A DNA stretch of 64,000 nucleotides from NCBI RefSeq assembly GCF_021028975.2, contig NC_059440.1:31124001-31188000 (forward strand), in the 5' to 3' direction. This DNA comes from Sphaerodactylus townsendi. Its lineage: Eukaryota. A program made the translations under genes and the position numbers. Shown here in pieces: positions 10,901 to 23,762 of the stretch; the stretch's first letter is position 1; each line of letters opens with the position of its first letter. The notes under the pieces are model-generated. The model was given only the letters and a program-made list of their open reading frames with translations, searched no databases and was not told the DNA's origin.

Positions 10901-13900
10901 CTGCTGCTAGCGTACCCAGAACAAGGTCCCGCTGATAGAATGGTACAGACGTCCAAGTAAACGTGTATAGATCTGCAACCAGAAAGCAACCTCAAACCTT
11001 TTGAGGTTTTTGTAAGCAAAAAAAGGTGAGCCCTGCCTCCCCCAACCAATAAGCATTTAAAGCCATTTGCAATGTAAACGTTTTATTACAAAGCAATAAG
11101 GAAATTACCGGTAAGTCAATAAGAACAGACAAGATAAAATCAGAAATGTAAAATTACCCTGGTGTAAATGACATGAAGTTCACTCCTCTGGCTCTTCCCA
11201 AACCACTTCTGGCAACACACTCCACCCCACCCCCACCAAAAGGCAAGGTAGTTTGCCGTGCTCTGAACAGTTTGCCAGACTCACTCTTCACGTTGTGAGG
11301 GACAACCCACTTCTGGTAAGCTTTCTTCTTCCACAGCACCACCAAGGCGGCCAGCAGTAGAAATGTGAAGAGCAGCGCTGCTGCCAAGAAGGTAACATCC
11401 TTTTCCTCTGCAAAACCAACATGGAAAAAGAGTCAGGGGGGTGGGGTGGGGTGGGGGGAACAGCCAAGGAGGCCACGGCTGCTTTCTCTAGTCAGAAATT
11501 GCAGTCGGTTCCTTTAGGTTGGAGAATCGCAAATCAGAGATACTGAAAATTAAAATGAATACCCATCTCTGCAGTGGTGGGATTCAAATAATTTAACAAC
11601 CAGTTCTGGTGGTGGGTTTTAATTAATTTAACAAGCAGTTGTTTACAAGAGACATTTTAACAACCGGTTCTGCCATAGTGGTGCGAACCTGCTGAATCCC
11701 ACCGCTGCACCTCTGTCCCACCCATTACAGTGATCATAGGACTGAAGGGTGGAAGGGCTCCTGTGCCTTCCACAGTCGCATGGGACAAGGATACTTTGGT
11801 GCATGCACAAAGTATTTCTGGTGCTGCCAGGAAGAGGAAAGTGGCACCCCCCAAATTCTCTATTTTATGATCTGAGTCAGACTATTGGTCCACCAAGCCC
11901 AGTATCAGCCAGAGAAAGACCACACCCGTTAGTTGAGCCCCTTTACACCAGGAACTAAATCCAGGACTTTTGCATCATTTCATGCAAACAGGGGCTTGGT
12001 CACAGAGCCACAGCACAGCCCCATAAACTGAAATTGTAAGGAAATGTTTTATCAGTTCAGCAAACTGGAAGCTAAACAAAGTGTCACCTGTCAAAGAAAT
12101 GAAACCAGGAGAAAGGGCAATTTCATCTTTGTGCCCCCAAACTGTCTTTTCCTATCACCTTTCTGGGGAGACTTACTCGGTATCATTATGGGAGAGGGTC
12201 CTCTGGTATTTGATTCATTCATGGGTTGTCTGGTGGTCGTGTCCAGAAAGTTGGGTGACGTGGAACCAATGAGAACGCTGGTGCTGCCAACGGGTCGCGA
12301 AGCAGCTGCCTGCTGAACACTGAACGCCAAAGGTGGGCCTGACCCAAGGCCATCCTGTGCGTAGTTGCCTTTCTCTTTTGTCACTGGCTGCAACTTGAGA
12401 CGGCTGGGAAAGGGAACAGGAAGGAAGCAGGAAGCCAAAAGGCCCAAGTCACACCTGGGAGCCCAGGCAGAAATCCTCCCTCACCTTCATCCAATGCCTT
12501 TACCTTGCCTTTTCTCATAGAAGACATCTGTTCACAGGTGATTTTAAAAAAAGCCCAGGCTGAAATGTGACTGTGTAAATCCACCTTCCTGTGTGGCTGT
12601 CAATCTGTTTCAAAACCAGGAACATTTAAAACCACATTTCTTTCCCCCTCTCCTGCACTCAAAAAACCGGGATCGGTTCCACCAGAATACAAATAGTCTA
12701 CAGTTCCCAGTTGGAATTTCAAGTAATAACCAGATACAAGGATTAGATTTGGGCGACTTTTACTGAACAATTAAGAATGCAGCCAATTCAAAGTAAAATG
12801 CCAAGGCTGGCAGGAAGTTCTGTGTTCAGATCTTTCATCAGCCATGAATTCTAAGCTTTCCTTTCTCTTTTGCAGGACCGAAGCCATGATAGAGGCCTAC
12901 CTTACAGATCTATTGTAAAGATGACTAAATATGAAGGACTCCTCTCCCCTCATGCCCCATTTATATTAATTTTCTATTTTTATTTTGCATCCCCAGGGAT
13001 AGATCGTGACAAAATGTCGACAACATCATCCAGAATTCCCGACAACCTTCTGGCTGCCTGCCTCCTCTTCGTGCAATAGGTCAGGTTACAATCACCCTGG
13101 ACAAAGCCAAGCCAAGCCAGCGGGTTCACTCACTCTGTCTGGGGCTTGCAGGTTTCTGTGCTTGAATCCTCTGTGGAGAAGGTCCCAGGAGGACATTTTT
13201 CACACACTGTATCTTGATCAGAAGTTCCTGGCCAAAGAAAGGAGAACTGAATCGAGAAATAAATCCTCCTACAAATTAATGCAGTCTCAGGCAGAGGTGG
13301 AGTGCTCACAGGGACATGTGGGGTTGGCATGGGGGAAGAGGGGGTGGGGGTGATTTTGCGCCCCCCCACCATTGTGCCTGGGGTCATTTGACCCTACCTC
13401 TCCCCATGGGCGGTACGCCACTGTACTCCTACCTCTGGTTTTGACTCCATAGCCCGGCTTGCAGGTTGTCAGTGGCTGGCATCGAGCGCAAGAGTTTAGG
13501 ATTTTTGTCTGACAGTACAGCCCAGGCCGGCATTCGCACACCCCGCTGGAATTGCGTGTGCAGGGCGCCTTCTGTACAAGATCACGTTCTGTTGGGAAAG
13601 AATAGAAAGAAAGAGAGAAAGCAAGACTGGAAGAGCTGGGAAAAACAGGGAGGTAGAAGCAAACGTATCTCTAAGGCACAGGTGTCAAACTCGCGGCCCT
13701 CCAGATATTATGGACTACAGTTCCCATCATCCCCTGCCAGCATCATGCTGGCAGGGGATGATGGGAACTGTAGTCCATAACATCTGGAGGGCCGCGAGTT
13801 TGACACCTATGCTCTAATGGATCAAAAAGAGCCCAACCTGGTGATGTCACCCCACCTGTGATGTCACCCCACTGAAGAGGGGCTGGATCTCTGATGTGGT

Positions 13901-16900
13901 CCATTCAGATGGTAGAGCCCAGAAGTGGGAGAAGGGGCTATGCAACTTCACAGTGAGAAGCCACGTTTTCAAACAGTCCTCTTCATAACGTACACACATA
14001 AACACACACTCTCGGCAAATACATCACTACTACAGAGGGAATGGTTTAAAAATAATTCTCCCTGATAAGCAAGCTTTCTAGACTTTTAATTTAATTCATT
14101 TGTTCCCTGCCTTTGTCCTCGGCAGGGATTGAAAGTGGCTTATATCAGTGTCCTCTCCTCCCATTTTATTCTCACAACAACCCTGTGAGGTAGGTTAGGA
14201 GGAGAGAGTGTGACTGCCCCAAGGTCACTCAGTGAGCCTCTGTGTCACATGTGGGGATTCGAACCTGGGTGTCCAGATACTAGTCTGACACTCTTAACTA
14301 CCAGAGCAGGGGTAGGGAACCTTTAACACTCAAAGAGCCATTTGGACCCGTTTTCCACGGGAAAAGAAAACACTTGGAGCCGCAAATAATTTCTGACATT
14401 TAAAATAAAGATAACACTATATACATAGGGTTTTTAAAAACCTTTACCCTCCAGCTGGATTCACTGAGTAAAGTTGTGATGCACCAACCCTGCTGCCTGC
14501 AGGGCGGGCAAGAATGAAGCCGGCGGCTTGGCCTCGCCGGCCGCCAGGAAAGCACCCACCCCGCTCCAACAGGGCGGGCGAGAGGGGAAGCCCGCGGCAC
14601 AGCCCAGCCGACCGTGGGCAGTTAGATGCGCCATTACCCGTTGCCTCGCAGAGGCGTGGGTGCAAGGATGTGGGCCGGGCAGCTCGGCTCATGGAAGCCA
14701 CAGTGCAAAGTGGGCAGAAGAGGCCGCGACGAGTGCGGCCTTCTCGAGCCAGCATGAGTTCCCCTACCCCTGTACCAGAGGAATGCCACCCTCAAAGCAA
14801 TACCTGGTCAACTTCTGTGTTTACAAACACGTGAACCCCAAGGCAGCTGAAATGTCTAGCCAGAAAGGTTTCTCTGTCTGGAACTGCAAGGAAACCCAAA
14901 GCCAGGTGCCAGAAGAGGTCAGGCGGGGCAGGAATGAGGCAAACGAAACCTACCTGGGTTGCATGTCAAGCAGAGCTCACACTGGGGCCTCACATAGTCA
15001 TGGTTCAGGAATTGGCCCTCTCCACACTGCTTCATGCAATCACTTCGGGGATTAGTGGGGCACGCAGTCTTGGGTGCAAACCCTGCAAAGACAATGTCAA
15101 AGGTGAGAGAACACGTGTTTGACAAAGTCCGGGGCCTTGCGGGCTCAGGACACACTGAAGAAAGAACTTCCTCAAACAGTGCCAAATCAGCTTGCGGAAC
15201 TCACTGACACAAGATGCGGCTGCAGCCACTAATGAGATTGAAAAGTGGAGCAACTGTGGCTCAATGGCAGAACATCTGCTCAGCATGCAGAGGGGGCAGA
15301 TTCAGTCCCCAACATCTGTAGCTAAAAGGGCTCAGGTAGGAGGTCCCAGAAAGCCACAGGTGCTCTGTGTAGACAATTCTGTCTTTGGTTGACCAAGACC
15401 CTCTCATGTGTGTTCCCCCAGGGACTTCAGACAGATTCATGGACGAGCCCAGATGGCTAGTGGAACCTCCATGTTCAAAAGCAGTATCCCTCTGAATGCT
15501 GGTGGTCAGGGCAAACTTGGGTTCTCTGATCCTCACTGGCCTTCCAGAGGCACTTGGTTACCCATCATGGCAACTCGGACTAAGTCAACCATTGTTTTGA
15601 TCAACCAGAGCCCTTCAACCAAAGCCAGCGGGGTGTAGTGGTTAAGAGCAGGTGCACTCTAACCTGGAGAACCAGGTTTGACTCCCCGTTCCTCCACCTA
15701 AGTGGCAGAGGCTTATCTGGTGAATTAGGTTAGCTTGTGCACTCCTACACATGCCAGCTGGGTGACCTTGGGCTAGTCACAGTTCTTTGGAGCTCTCTCA
15801 GTCCCACCCACTTCACAGGGTGTTTGTTGTGGGGGGGGGAAGGGAAAGGAGATTGGAAGCCCCTTTGAGTCTCCTACAGGAGAGAAAGGGGGGATATAAA
15901 TCCAAACTCCTCCTTCAGCAGCTACCAATACATCCTAAAATACAACCTGGTCGGAGGGACGGGGAATCAAAACAAGCAGCCAGACAGAAAAGGAAATCTA
16001 CCCATCTGTTGTGAGGGGGGGGGGGGCTGGTTTTTAAAAAGCCCCTGAACGGAATGTAAGCAACAGGTTGTCAGTAACTCTGCCAGAGAAATGTCAGAAA
16101 TTTCCTCTTGAATGAAGACAAAAAGCACCTCCGCCCACAGAGTTCTTTGAAGCCAGAGAGGGGAGTTTTAGGGTTTGCCGGGAGTCTGCAAGATCCACGG
16201 GCCCCGGTGAGTCAACTACTAGCTCTGGCGGCCCCTGATGGCACCATTTTAGCGGGGGAAGTCCCTCCTGGCCTGGGTTTCAGGACCACAGACGCCAGGA
16301 ACATGCCCCTCTCTGGTGGTTGCTCTTAAACAGCCGTGGCCAAATCCATTTACATACACACGCTGAGCTGTGGCCATTTCCCTGCAAACAGCGGCCCTGC
16401 CTGCCAGACTTTGCGGTTGTGCCCCTGCCTCTTGCCCACCCTTCTGCTGACCAAACTTCTCACACCCTTCTAAATAAGCTGACAACTCCCCCCTGCATCT
16501 GTGGACCACAGCAGTGGTGGGATCCAAAAATTTTAATAACAGGTTCCGAGGGTGGTGGGATTCAAACAGTGGCGCTGCCGCACACACACACCTCCAGTCC
16601 CAATTGGGCAGGGAGGTTGCTTTAGTAACCCCTTCTCGGCACTCAGAAAAAATTAGTAACCACTTCTAGAGAAGTGGTGAGAACTGGTTGGATTTCACCT
16701 CTGGACCACAGGCAATTAAAAAAAATGTTTATTTAAGTTTACATATACAGAAGAACTTAAAAGGCAAATTTTGATGTGCCCCTGTCACAATGAAGTCCTT
16801 GGCAGTTAATGGACCCCTCCCAGAACGTGCAGATCAGGCGTGGGTGGTGTTGAGAAGTGTTCCTCTGAGGCTGTAGCTGGGGGTGGGGGGGGGGGGGTTT

Positions 16901-19628
16901 GCATTCATTTCAATGCTGTTTAAGCCTTGGGTTGTTCTCTAGTCCTCCAGAAAAGACTCAGTTTTCAAAAGCTTTGCATGCCTGTGGCCCTTTTCATACG
17001 GGCCAATTAAACCGGGATAACACCAGTAAAAAAAACCCAGGTGGGGGGGGGGAACTTTGCTCGGATCCTGCTCCTAATGTGGATCCACTTCATGTTTCAA
17101 CGCCCCGCCCCACCAACCCGCGTCATTCAAGAATTGTGATTCTGCAATTCTTTTGTTTTAACACACCTCACAGTCAAGTGAACGGCCACGGCTGCAAGGT
17201 GCGCTATGTGGCTGCACATCGAGGAGGTAAGTTTTTCAACAGTTACACACACTAAAAAGCACCTCTGTGCAAAGGCGCAGGTCCCAGCCATGTGAATGGC
17301 CTTGCGCCATGCTAGGTTATTTTATCCCGGCTGCAACTTGTTCAGAATTTGCTGTGTGGAAAGGGCCAGAGAGTCCAGGTAAGCCTCCACAGCTCAAGTG
17401 GCAGAGTGGGGAATCAAACCCAGTTCTCCAGATTAGAGTGCACCTGCTCTTAACCTCTACACCACGCTGGCTATCTGGGGTGGGGGGATCTCGGGGCTGC
17501 CTGGCACCCCCCTCAAGTAGTACTGAGGCACGAGCCCTGCTTGCCCCCCTTAGATACACCTTCGCTGCCAGTCTGAAGAGGCAAGACAGAACTAGTAGGA
17601 CAGGTGGTTGGTTTCGACATAAGGCAGCATCAGGCACGGAAAGATACTGACCCGAGGGGCATCGATAGCAGCACTTCTGGGACTCGCTGCTGTAGATCCA
17701 GTCTTCACCTTTGCAATGCGGAGACGAGACGGGGTTTCCCTGGAACGTCAGACAAACCAAAGGCTCTGTTAAAATTGCCATTTGGAAGACGAGCAAGAAA
17801 AACAACTTCAGAACGTAAAAAGGATGCCAGTTTCTGTGCTCTCCTTCTGAACTTCCACAACGCCATTAGACATGTAGCCCTTCCCTCTAAGAAGTGCAGA
17901 TACAGGCAACCTCTGAAGATGCCAGCCACAGATGCAGGCGAAACGTCAGGAGAAAATGCTACTAGAACACGGCCCTACAGCCCGGAAACCACACAACACC
18001 CCGAAGTATTTGTTATTTTCTCCATGTAACCCTCCCTAATAGTTAGTAAAGCCATTTATACAAAAGCAATGGAGAATCTGTCTGCCCTACTCTGCTAATG
18101 TATGTATAGAATTTACCTAACAAAAGGCAACCCTATACAGAAGATCTTACAATATACTGTCAAAGGCTTTCATGGCTGGAATCACTGGGGTGCTGTGTGG
18201 TTTCCGGGCTGTGTGGCCGTGTTCTAGCAGCATTCTCTCCAAATGTTTCACCTGCATCTATGGCTGGCATCTTCAGAGGATCCTCTGAAGATGTCAGCCA
18301 CAGATGCAGGCGAAATGTCAGGAGAGAATGCTGCTAGAACACGGCCATACAGCCCGGAAACCACACAGCACCCCAGATCTTACAGTAGTCAGTGATTACA
18401 TTGCAAAACTGGTTAAAGCACGTGCTTGATAGCTGGCACAGTCATGATCCATCAAGCCTTCTGCAGCCTTTCAGACACACCGTGACCTGCCACGTTCCCA
18501 ATAAGCACCAGTTTTGCATCTACAGGGAAATTAAAAAATGCACCTAGAGCGCCCCAGGTGGGCTGTCTTTGGCTGTGCTGCAGAGATCTATAGCAGCTCC
18601 TGAGCCCTTCTGGCCAGCCAGCCCGTTGTACATGCCTGTTAGAGAACTTCTGGTGGTGGGTATTAGTCATGAACCAGTGGGCGAGCCCCTTCAATTCTGG
18701 AATGGATCTGCCACTCCCCACGGCACAAGCACAGCTCCCAAAAAGGTTCTGGACTGGCTCTTTGCTCAAGCTGAGGCTGCACCGAATTAACTGCAACACC
18801 AAAGGGCTGTAAGCAGTGGTGGGGTTCAAATAATTTAACAACTGGTTGTTTACAAGCATCATTTTAACAACCGGTTCTGCCAAAGTGGTGCGAAGCTGCT
18901 GAACCCCACGGTCCCACCACTGGCTATAAGGATGAGGTCAGAACATGACTCGGCTATCAGGAATGCTCGCTTGGGGCTCTTCAAATGAAGCAGAAGAGAG
19001 CAGAAGAAAGTCCCCTGGCAGCCCACAGAAGAGAGGAGGCCGTGTGGCTCAGGGGTGGAATATCCACTCTGCATGCAGAGAGGCACCAGTTCTGTTCCTG
19101 GCAGCCCCAGTTCACAGAATATCAACCACCAGGGCTGGGAAAGATCTCTGCCCAAGGCCTTGCATAGCTGTGGATGGTCAAAAACAGACCATACTGGCTT
19201 CAGGGTCAGAGTCATTTGCATTAGAGGGGAAACCATTTGCCTGACTTAGAACAGGCTGAAACTAATCTCTCTCTGTATTATCAAAGGCTTTAATGGCTGG
19301 TGGAATCACTAGGGCAGGGGTAGGGAACCTGCGGCTCTCCAGATGTTCAGGAACTACAATTCCCATCAGCCTCTGTCAGCATGGCCAATTGGCCATGCTG
19401 GTAGGGGCTGATGGGAATTGTAGTTCCTGAGTAGCGCAGGTCCCCACTAGAAATGGGTTTTCCCGGTTGTATGGCCTTGTTGCAGTAGCATTCTCTCCCG
19501 ACGTTTCATCTGTGGCTGGTATCTTCAGAGGATTATCTTCTGAAGATGCCAGCCACAGATGCAGGCAAAACATCAGAAGAAAATGCTAATAGAACACGGC
19601 CATACAGCCTGGAAAACCCACAACACCC

Positions 19629-19673
<45 letters not shown>

Positions 19674-22600
19674 CCCCCCCTCTCTCTCTCCATCATCATA
19701 CAGGGATTCATTTGGTCTTGGCTCAGCTCTGCAATGGGTTTTCTTCAGGACACAAAAAATAACAAAGATGGAAGCCACTGAGGTTATACTGCAAGCATAC
19801 CCCACTGCATTTCATGACCACCCTTGTACACTGGATATTAGGAACAGGAGCTGCACCATGGTGTTACCGCAACTTGCCAGGTAACAATAAGTGATTTCAG
19901 CTCAGCAACTTAATGAGGTGCAGGAAGCAGGCATTTCTTCAAAGCAAAAGGATTTTATTGCAGATGGTGGTCACAACTCGGTCAGGAGGGAATCGCCCCT
20001 TGCAACGCAGTGCAAGAACTTTTATTCCCAAACTTCAAAGGGGGCAAAGGGGAGGCGAGGGGGCAAGTCCCTCGCCCCAAAACACCAATCATGAAACAAA
20101 CAGTTTACAAAACAGATACAGTTACACTTTTCTGAATGGGAAACCCAAATCTCGCTGTCAAGCATCTTCCCGTGGGATTTTGCAATGGTCCTGAAAGGAT
20201 AGCAAATAGCGTCTATTGTCTGTGAAGTCCAGATGGGCTTATTGCCACACCCAGCCATCTCCTATCAAGTGGCTGTGCTTGTCAGGGATGCCCTAAGGCT
20301 CCCGCTTCCCATGCTGTAACAAAGAGAAGTTCAAACTGTCCAATGGTCGCTCCTGCACGTCTCCCAACAGCTGGGAGACCTTTGGGTGCTGGCTGCAGAC
20401 TTGATTTGTAATTCCAAAGAGGGTCATTGACCTTATCAAAGAGTCGGCCGGGCATTGGTCTGAGTTGCATTCCAGACTCACTTCCTTGTTCCTTTAATAT
20501 CAGACCTTAACTGGCTATTGCTTTTACTGACACCAATTTCAAAAATAACATTTCTAACTTAAACATTAGGAAAACCTTAAAGGATAACACACGTACTCAT
20601 ACTTATAGGCAAGACTTCACAAATACTTATTGGCATGGCTTTCCTAAATCTAACAAGAACAAAACCTTAAGCTAACTGAAGAACCTAACTAAACTAACAT
20701 CCTAAGCTGCAGGCACATCCTAGATTTAACTTAAAAGAGGCATTTATTACATCCTAAAAATGACACAAACACAAGGGAAATCATATAGTATTGGCACAAA
20801 CATACATATACATTCTTTGGGAGTCTTATGAAGGTTTCTGACACACACAGGTCTCCACATCTTGACCATGAACCAGTGTAGCTTGGTGACTTAACTTCAA
20901 GAAAATGTTTTCTCAGAAATCGAATCGGTAACAATGGGAAAGCTATTCTGAGGGCTTCCTTGGAGACATCTGGTTGGCTACTGCCAGAAACAGGATGGTG
21001 ATCCAGATGGGCACCTGGCCTGATCCCAAAGGGCTCACCTGACTCTCATTCTCACAGGGGGCTGCATGATCTTTTGCCAAAGACAGTCTGTGGCCATCGG
21101 ACTGCAGCAATTTCTTAAAGCATCACCTTCTGTCTGCTCTCTCTCTGTCTGACTGCTTTTCTTGGTTTGACTTTGAGCGTTGAGTCAGCCAGAAAACACA
21201 GTCACACAAGCTCAGCATCTTTGATCAGGTGGGCCCCGGACTCAGGAGCCACCGCTGATTCTGTAGCAGCAAAAACCACTTTAAATCACCCCCTTTGGTA
21301 AGGTAGCCAGAATCAGAACCCACAACCACAATTCCAGAGCTCCAGAAGAAGAAGAGAAACGCCCGGGAAGTCTTTTATGGGACTAGATTCTCTCTCTCTG
21401 ACTGAAGACTGAAAAGATTTCAGGTTTCCTTCCTGTGTTTAGTTTCTAGGCAGAGAGGTTCTGGGACTCATAAGAGTTCAGAACTTAGCAGAAGCTCAGC
21501 TCCAGCAGAGGATGCCCATACAATCGCCTTCTTGACATGCTTGTCGTCAGGAAGTCCAACTCCATTGCTGAAACTTTACAGAAGAACAGAGAACAGCTCT
21601 GCAGGATTGATCCCGTGGTCCCTCTAGTCCAGTGCCCTGGTTCACAGAGTGGCCAGCCACAGCTTCTGTTACTGCCAGCATCTGGTATTTAGAGGTACAC
21701 TGCCTCTGAAAATGGATTTCTTTCCCTACTCCTACACATGAAGCCTGCTGGGTGACCTTCAGCTAGTCACAGTTCTCTCAGAACTCTCTCAGCCCCACCC
21801 ATCTCACAAGGTGTCTGTTGTGGGAGGGGGAAAAGTTTCTCTTTCACTGTCTTGCCTACCTCACTGCATTGTTGTGAAGATTAAAGGGGGGAAAGTAAAT
21901 TGCTTACTCCTCTCCCAAGGTCCTTCAAGGAAAGAGAGAATAAAACTGCAGCAGACATACCTACAATGAAACCAAGGCACAAGTCTCAGCGGCTCATTCA
22001 CCTGCGGTTTCAGCGTTGCCACAGTGACCGCAAATACTTTTTGTGCCGGAAATTTACCCTCTAGCAAACTCCTTGGCTCAAATGACTCAATCCTTAGTAT
22101 CCGTTTGAGGCTGCCGAAACCAGTGATGCTGATTCAGAAAAATCAGTTGGCTAGAGATGAGTGGTCAGGCTAGAAAAGAGAGCTGTGGTGCAGCCCCCTT
22201 TCAAACTCTGACTGGCTGCTGAAGGAATTTGCTGGCCCAGCTGGCAAAGAAATGCACCCCTTGCTCTTCTCATAAAACGATGAAGGCAGAGGGATTTTTC
22301 CCACGGTTACAACCTTAGCAGAAACCAGCCAACCACATCTGAGAAACGGGGCGGTAATCTCCGCTGCCATCTCATCGCTGATACAAGAAAAGGGTTCAAC
22401 GGGGGAAATTTTAAATTATATAGAAGATAAAGACAAACCTGTTGGACCCAGTGACTGTAAAGGCACCTGGGCTAAAAATGTATCTGAAATATTTATATGC
22501 ATTAAAACACCGCCACCTGAAAGGACAAACATTAAACGGACGGAAGACATTCAGGAAACAACTCCAGTGAACCTCAGTTCTGACACACATGGCATCTTGG

Positions 22601-23762
22601 ACCCTCATCTAAGCAGAGTTTTCTGGGAAAGAAGCTTTTCTGATAACCCCCCGGGGTCAACACCAAAAAAGCCCTGCTTCTTTGCCAAGTCATTTTAACC
22701 ATGGATGATGATGGAGCGCAGACTTGGGCTCCTGATAGCAGACCTAGGAGTGGGGCAGGACTGGAATGCTAGAACAGAGGAAGAACGGTATAGGGGGTAG
22801 AGCGTCAAACCAAGATCCTGGAGAACCAGTTTAAATCCACACTCCATCATGGAAACTCATTGGGTGACCACTCTCTCAGCCCACACTTTGCAGGGATGTT
22901 GTGAGAATAAAGGGAGGTGGAAAGTATGTTATAAGCTGCTTTGGATCCCAGAAGATTGGGGTAAGAAGTCTCAATAACAAACTGAGCTCAGGGGTCCCTG
23001 CAGTGCCCAGTGGCCTGCAGCACCCATAAGAAGAAGAAGAGTTTAGATTTTTACCCCCCTTCTCTTCTGTAAGGAGACTCAAAAGGGCTTACAATCTCCT
23101 TTCCCTTCCCTCCACAACACTCTGTGAAGTGGGTGGGGCTGAATGAGCTCCAAAGAATTGTGACTAGCCCAAGGTCACCCAGCTGGCATGTGCTGGAGTG
23201 CACAAGCTAATCTGGTTCCCCAGATAAGCCTCCACAGCTCAAGTGGCAGAGTGGGGAATCAAAACCGATTCTCCAGATTAGAGTGCACCTGCTCTTAACC
23301 ACTAGGCCACTGCTGCTCGCAAGGAGGATAGCACACCACTCTGTCAGGGTCTGGGTTAGGGTTCAGTCCTGGGCAGCGCCTCCTTCCAACCCCGAGCCCC
23401 AGTTTCAGGCGCCGGGCTTCCCGGTGACCGCGATTGAACCAGTGACCTTCGGAGGCAGCGAAAATACAAACCGCCGCCGCCGGAGAGAGTCGAGGCTTCT
23501 CCCAGTAGACATTCTCCGTCGGGATGAAGTCTGCAAAAGTGCAAAGGCCTCCCTTCGAATTAAGACTATTCCTCCTCCCCCCACCCCCAGAGCCGCCCTC
23601 GCTCGTGTCCTCCCCTGCAGGGCTGGCGTGCGCCCAGGGCTCCTGGGTCAAAGGCGGCCGTGCGTCCCGCGTGCGCCTCACCTGGATCCCCCGCAGCAGC
23701 AGCAGCAGCAGCAGCAGCAGCCCGAGCAGCAAGAGCCACGCCGGAGGGCTGCGGGTCCCCAT
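7983..23762 (-). CDS. TNFRSF8: TNF receptor superfamily member 8 (CD30), 11 coding exons, 1500 nt / 499 aa
   Basis: Exons 23682-23762 (signal peptide), 17652-17739 (KCCYRCPSG), 14954-15082, 13433-13588 (CECRPGLYC..NSCARC), 13134-13227, 12177-12403 (stalk), 11285-11407 (TM), 10916-10972, 9594-9619, 8612-8846, 7983-8266 (EKIYIMRADTVIVG, HYPEQETE). All GT-AG with compatible phases. The two small exons and the 8846 acceptor are less certain. Confidence 0.9.
8950..9240 (+). mobile_element. Squam3-like CORE-SINE
   Basis: TGGTGTAGTGGTTAAGAGCAGG head, core, GGATATAAATCCAAACT(CTT)n tail. Confidence 0.8.
10125..10182. repeat. 14-bp minisatellite (TTTTTCACTGTTGG) x~4
   Basis: Directly visible tandem copies. 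Confidence 0.85.
10390..10655 (+). mobile_element. two tandem Penelope-like (PLE) pseudo-LTR fragments
   Basis: GATGCCAGCCACAGATGCAGGCGAAACGTCAGGAGAAAATGCTACTAGAAC motif present twice. Confidence 0.7.
13677..13811. mobile_element. palindromic hAT MITE
   Basis: Near-perfect 135-bp foldback with TIR CACAGGTGTCAAAC and 8-bp TSD CTCTAAGG/CTCTAATG; relatives at ~19315-19445, 26468-26600, 54600-54740 and 58098-58200. Confidence 0.85.
14307..14772. mobile_element. non-autonomous hAT element
   Basis: TIRs CAGGGGTAGGG...CCCTACCCCTG; perfect 8-bp TSD TACCAGAG. Confidence 0.85.
15625..15917 (+). mobile_element. Squam3-like CORE-SINE
   Basis: Full head, core and tail as in the other copies. Confidence 0.8.
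16512..16703. mobile_element. hAT MITE
   Basis: CAGTGGTGGGAT...ATTTCACCTCTG termini; 8-bp TSD GACCACAG. Confidence 0.75.
17910..17950 (+). ncRNA. minimal type I hammerhead ribozyme motif in a Penelope-like fragment
   Basis: CCT-CTGAAGA-T-GCC(loop)GGC-GAAAC-GTC-AGG: conserved CUGANGA and GAAA boxes, short stems I/II, palindromic ACGU stem III and a GUC cleavage triplet. Confidence 0.65.
18185..18376. mobile_element. head-to-head inverted pair of Penelope-like fragments (192-bp loopless palindrome)
   Basis: Two 96-bp arms centred on AGAGGA|TCCTCT at 18280/18281; similar inverted pairs at ~19455-19630, ~41395-41530 and ~47645-48008. Confidence 0.8.
19862..20933 (-). mobile_element. solo LTR (ERV-like), 1072 bp
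   Basis: TGTTACCG...CGGTAACA termini; 4-bp TSD ATGG; minus-strand TATA-like AATAAAAG at ~20019-20026 and AATAAA at 19954-19959. Confidence 0.75.
23030..23317 (-). mobile_element. Squam3-like CORE-SINE
   Basis: Reverse copy with (GAA)n tail at the left end. Confidence 0.8.

Noticed and set aside
7983-23762. Alternative identification as TNFRSF1B
   Set aside because: CCYRCP, NSCARC, EKIYIMRADTVIVG and HYPEQETE are CD30 hallmarks.
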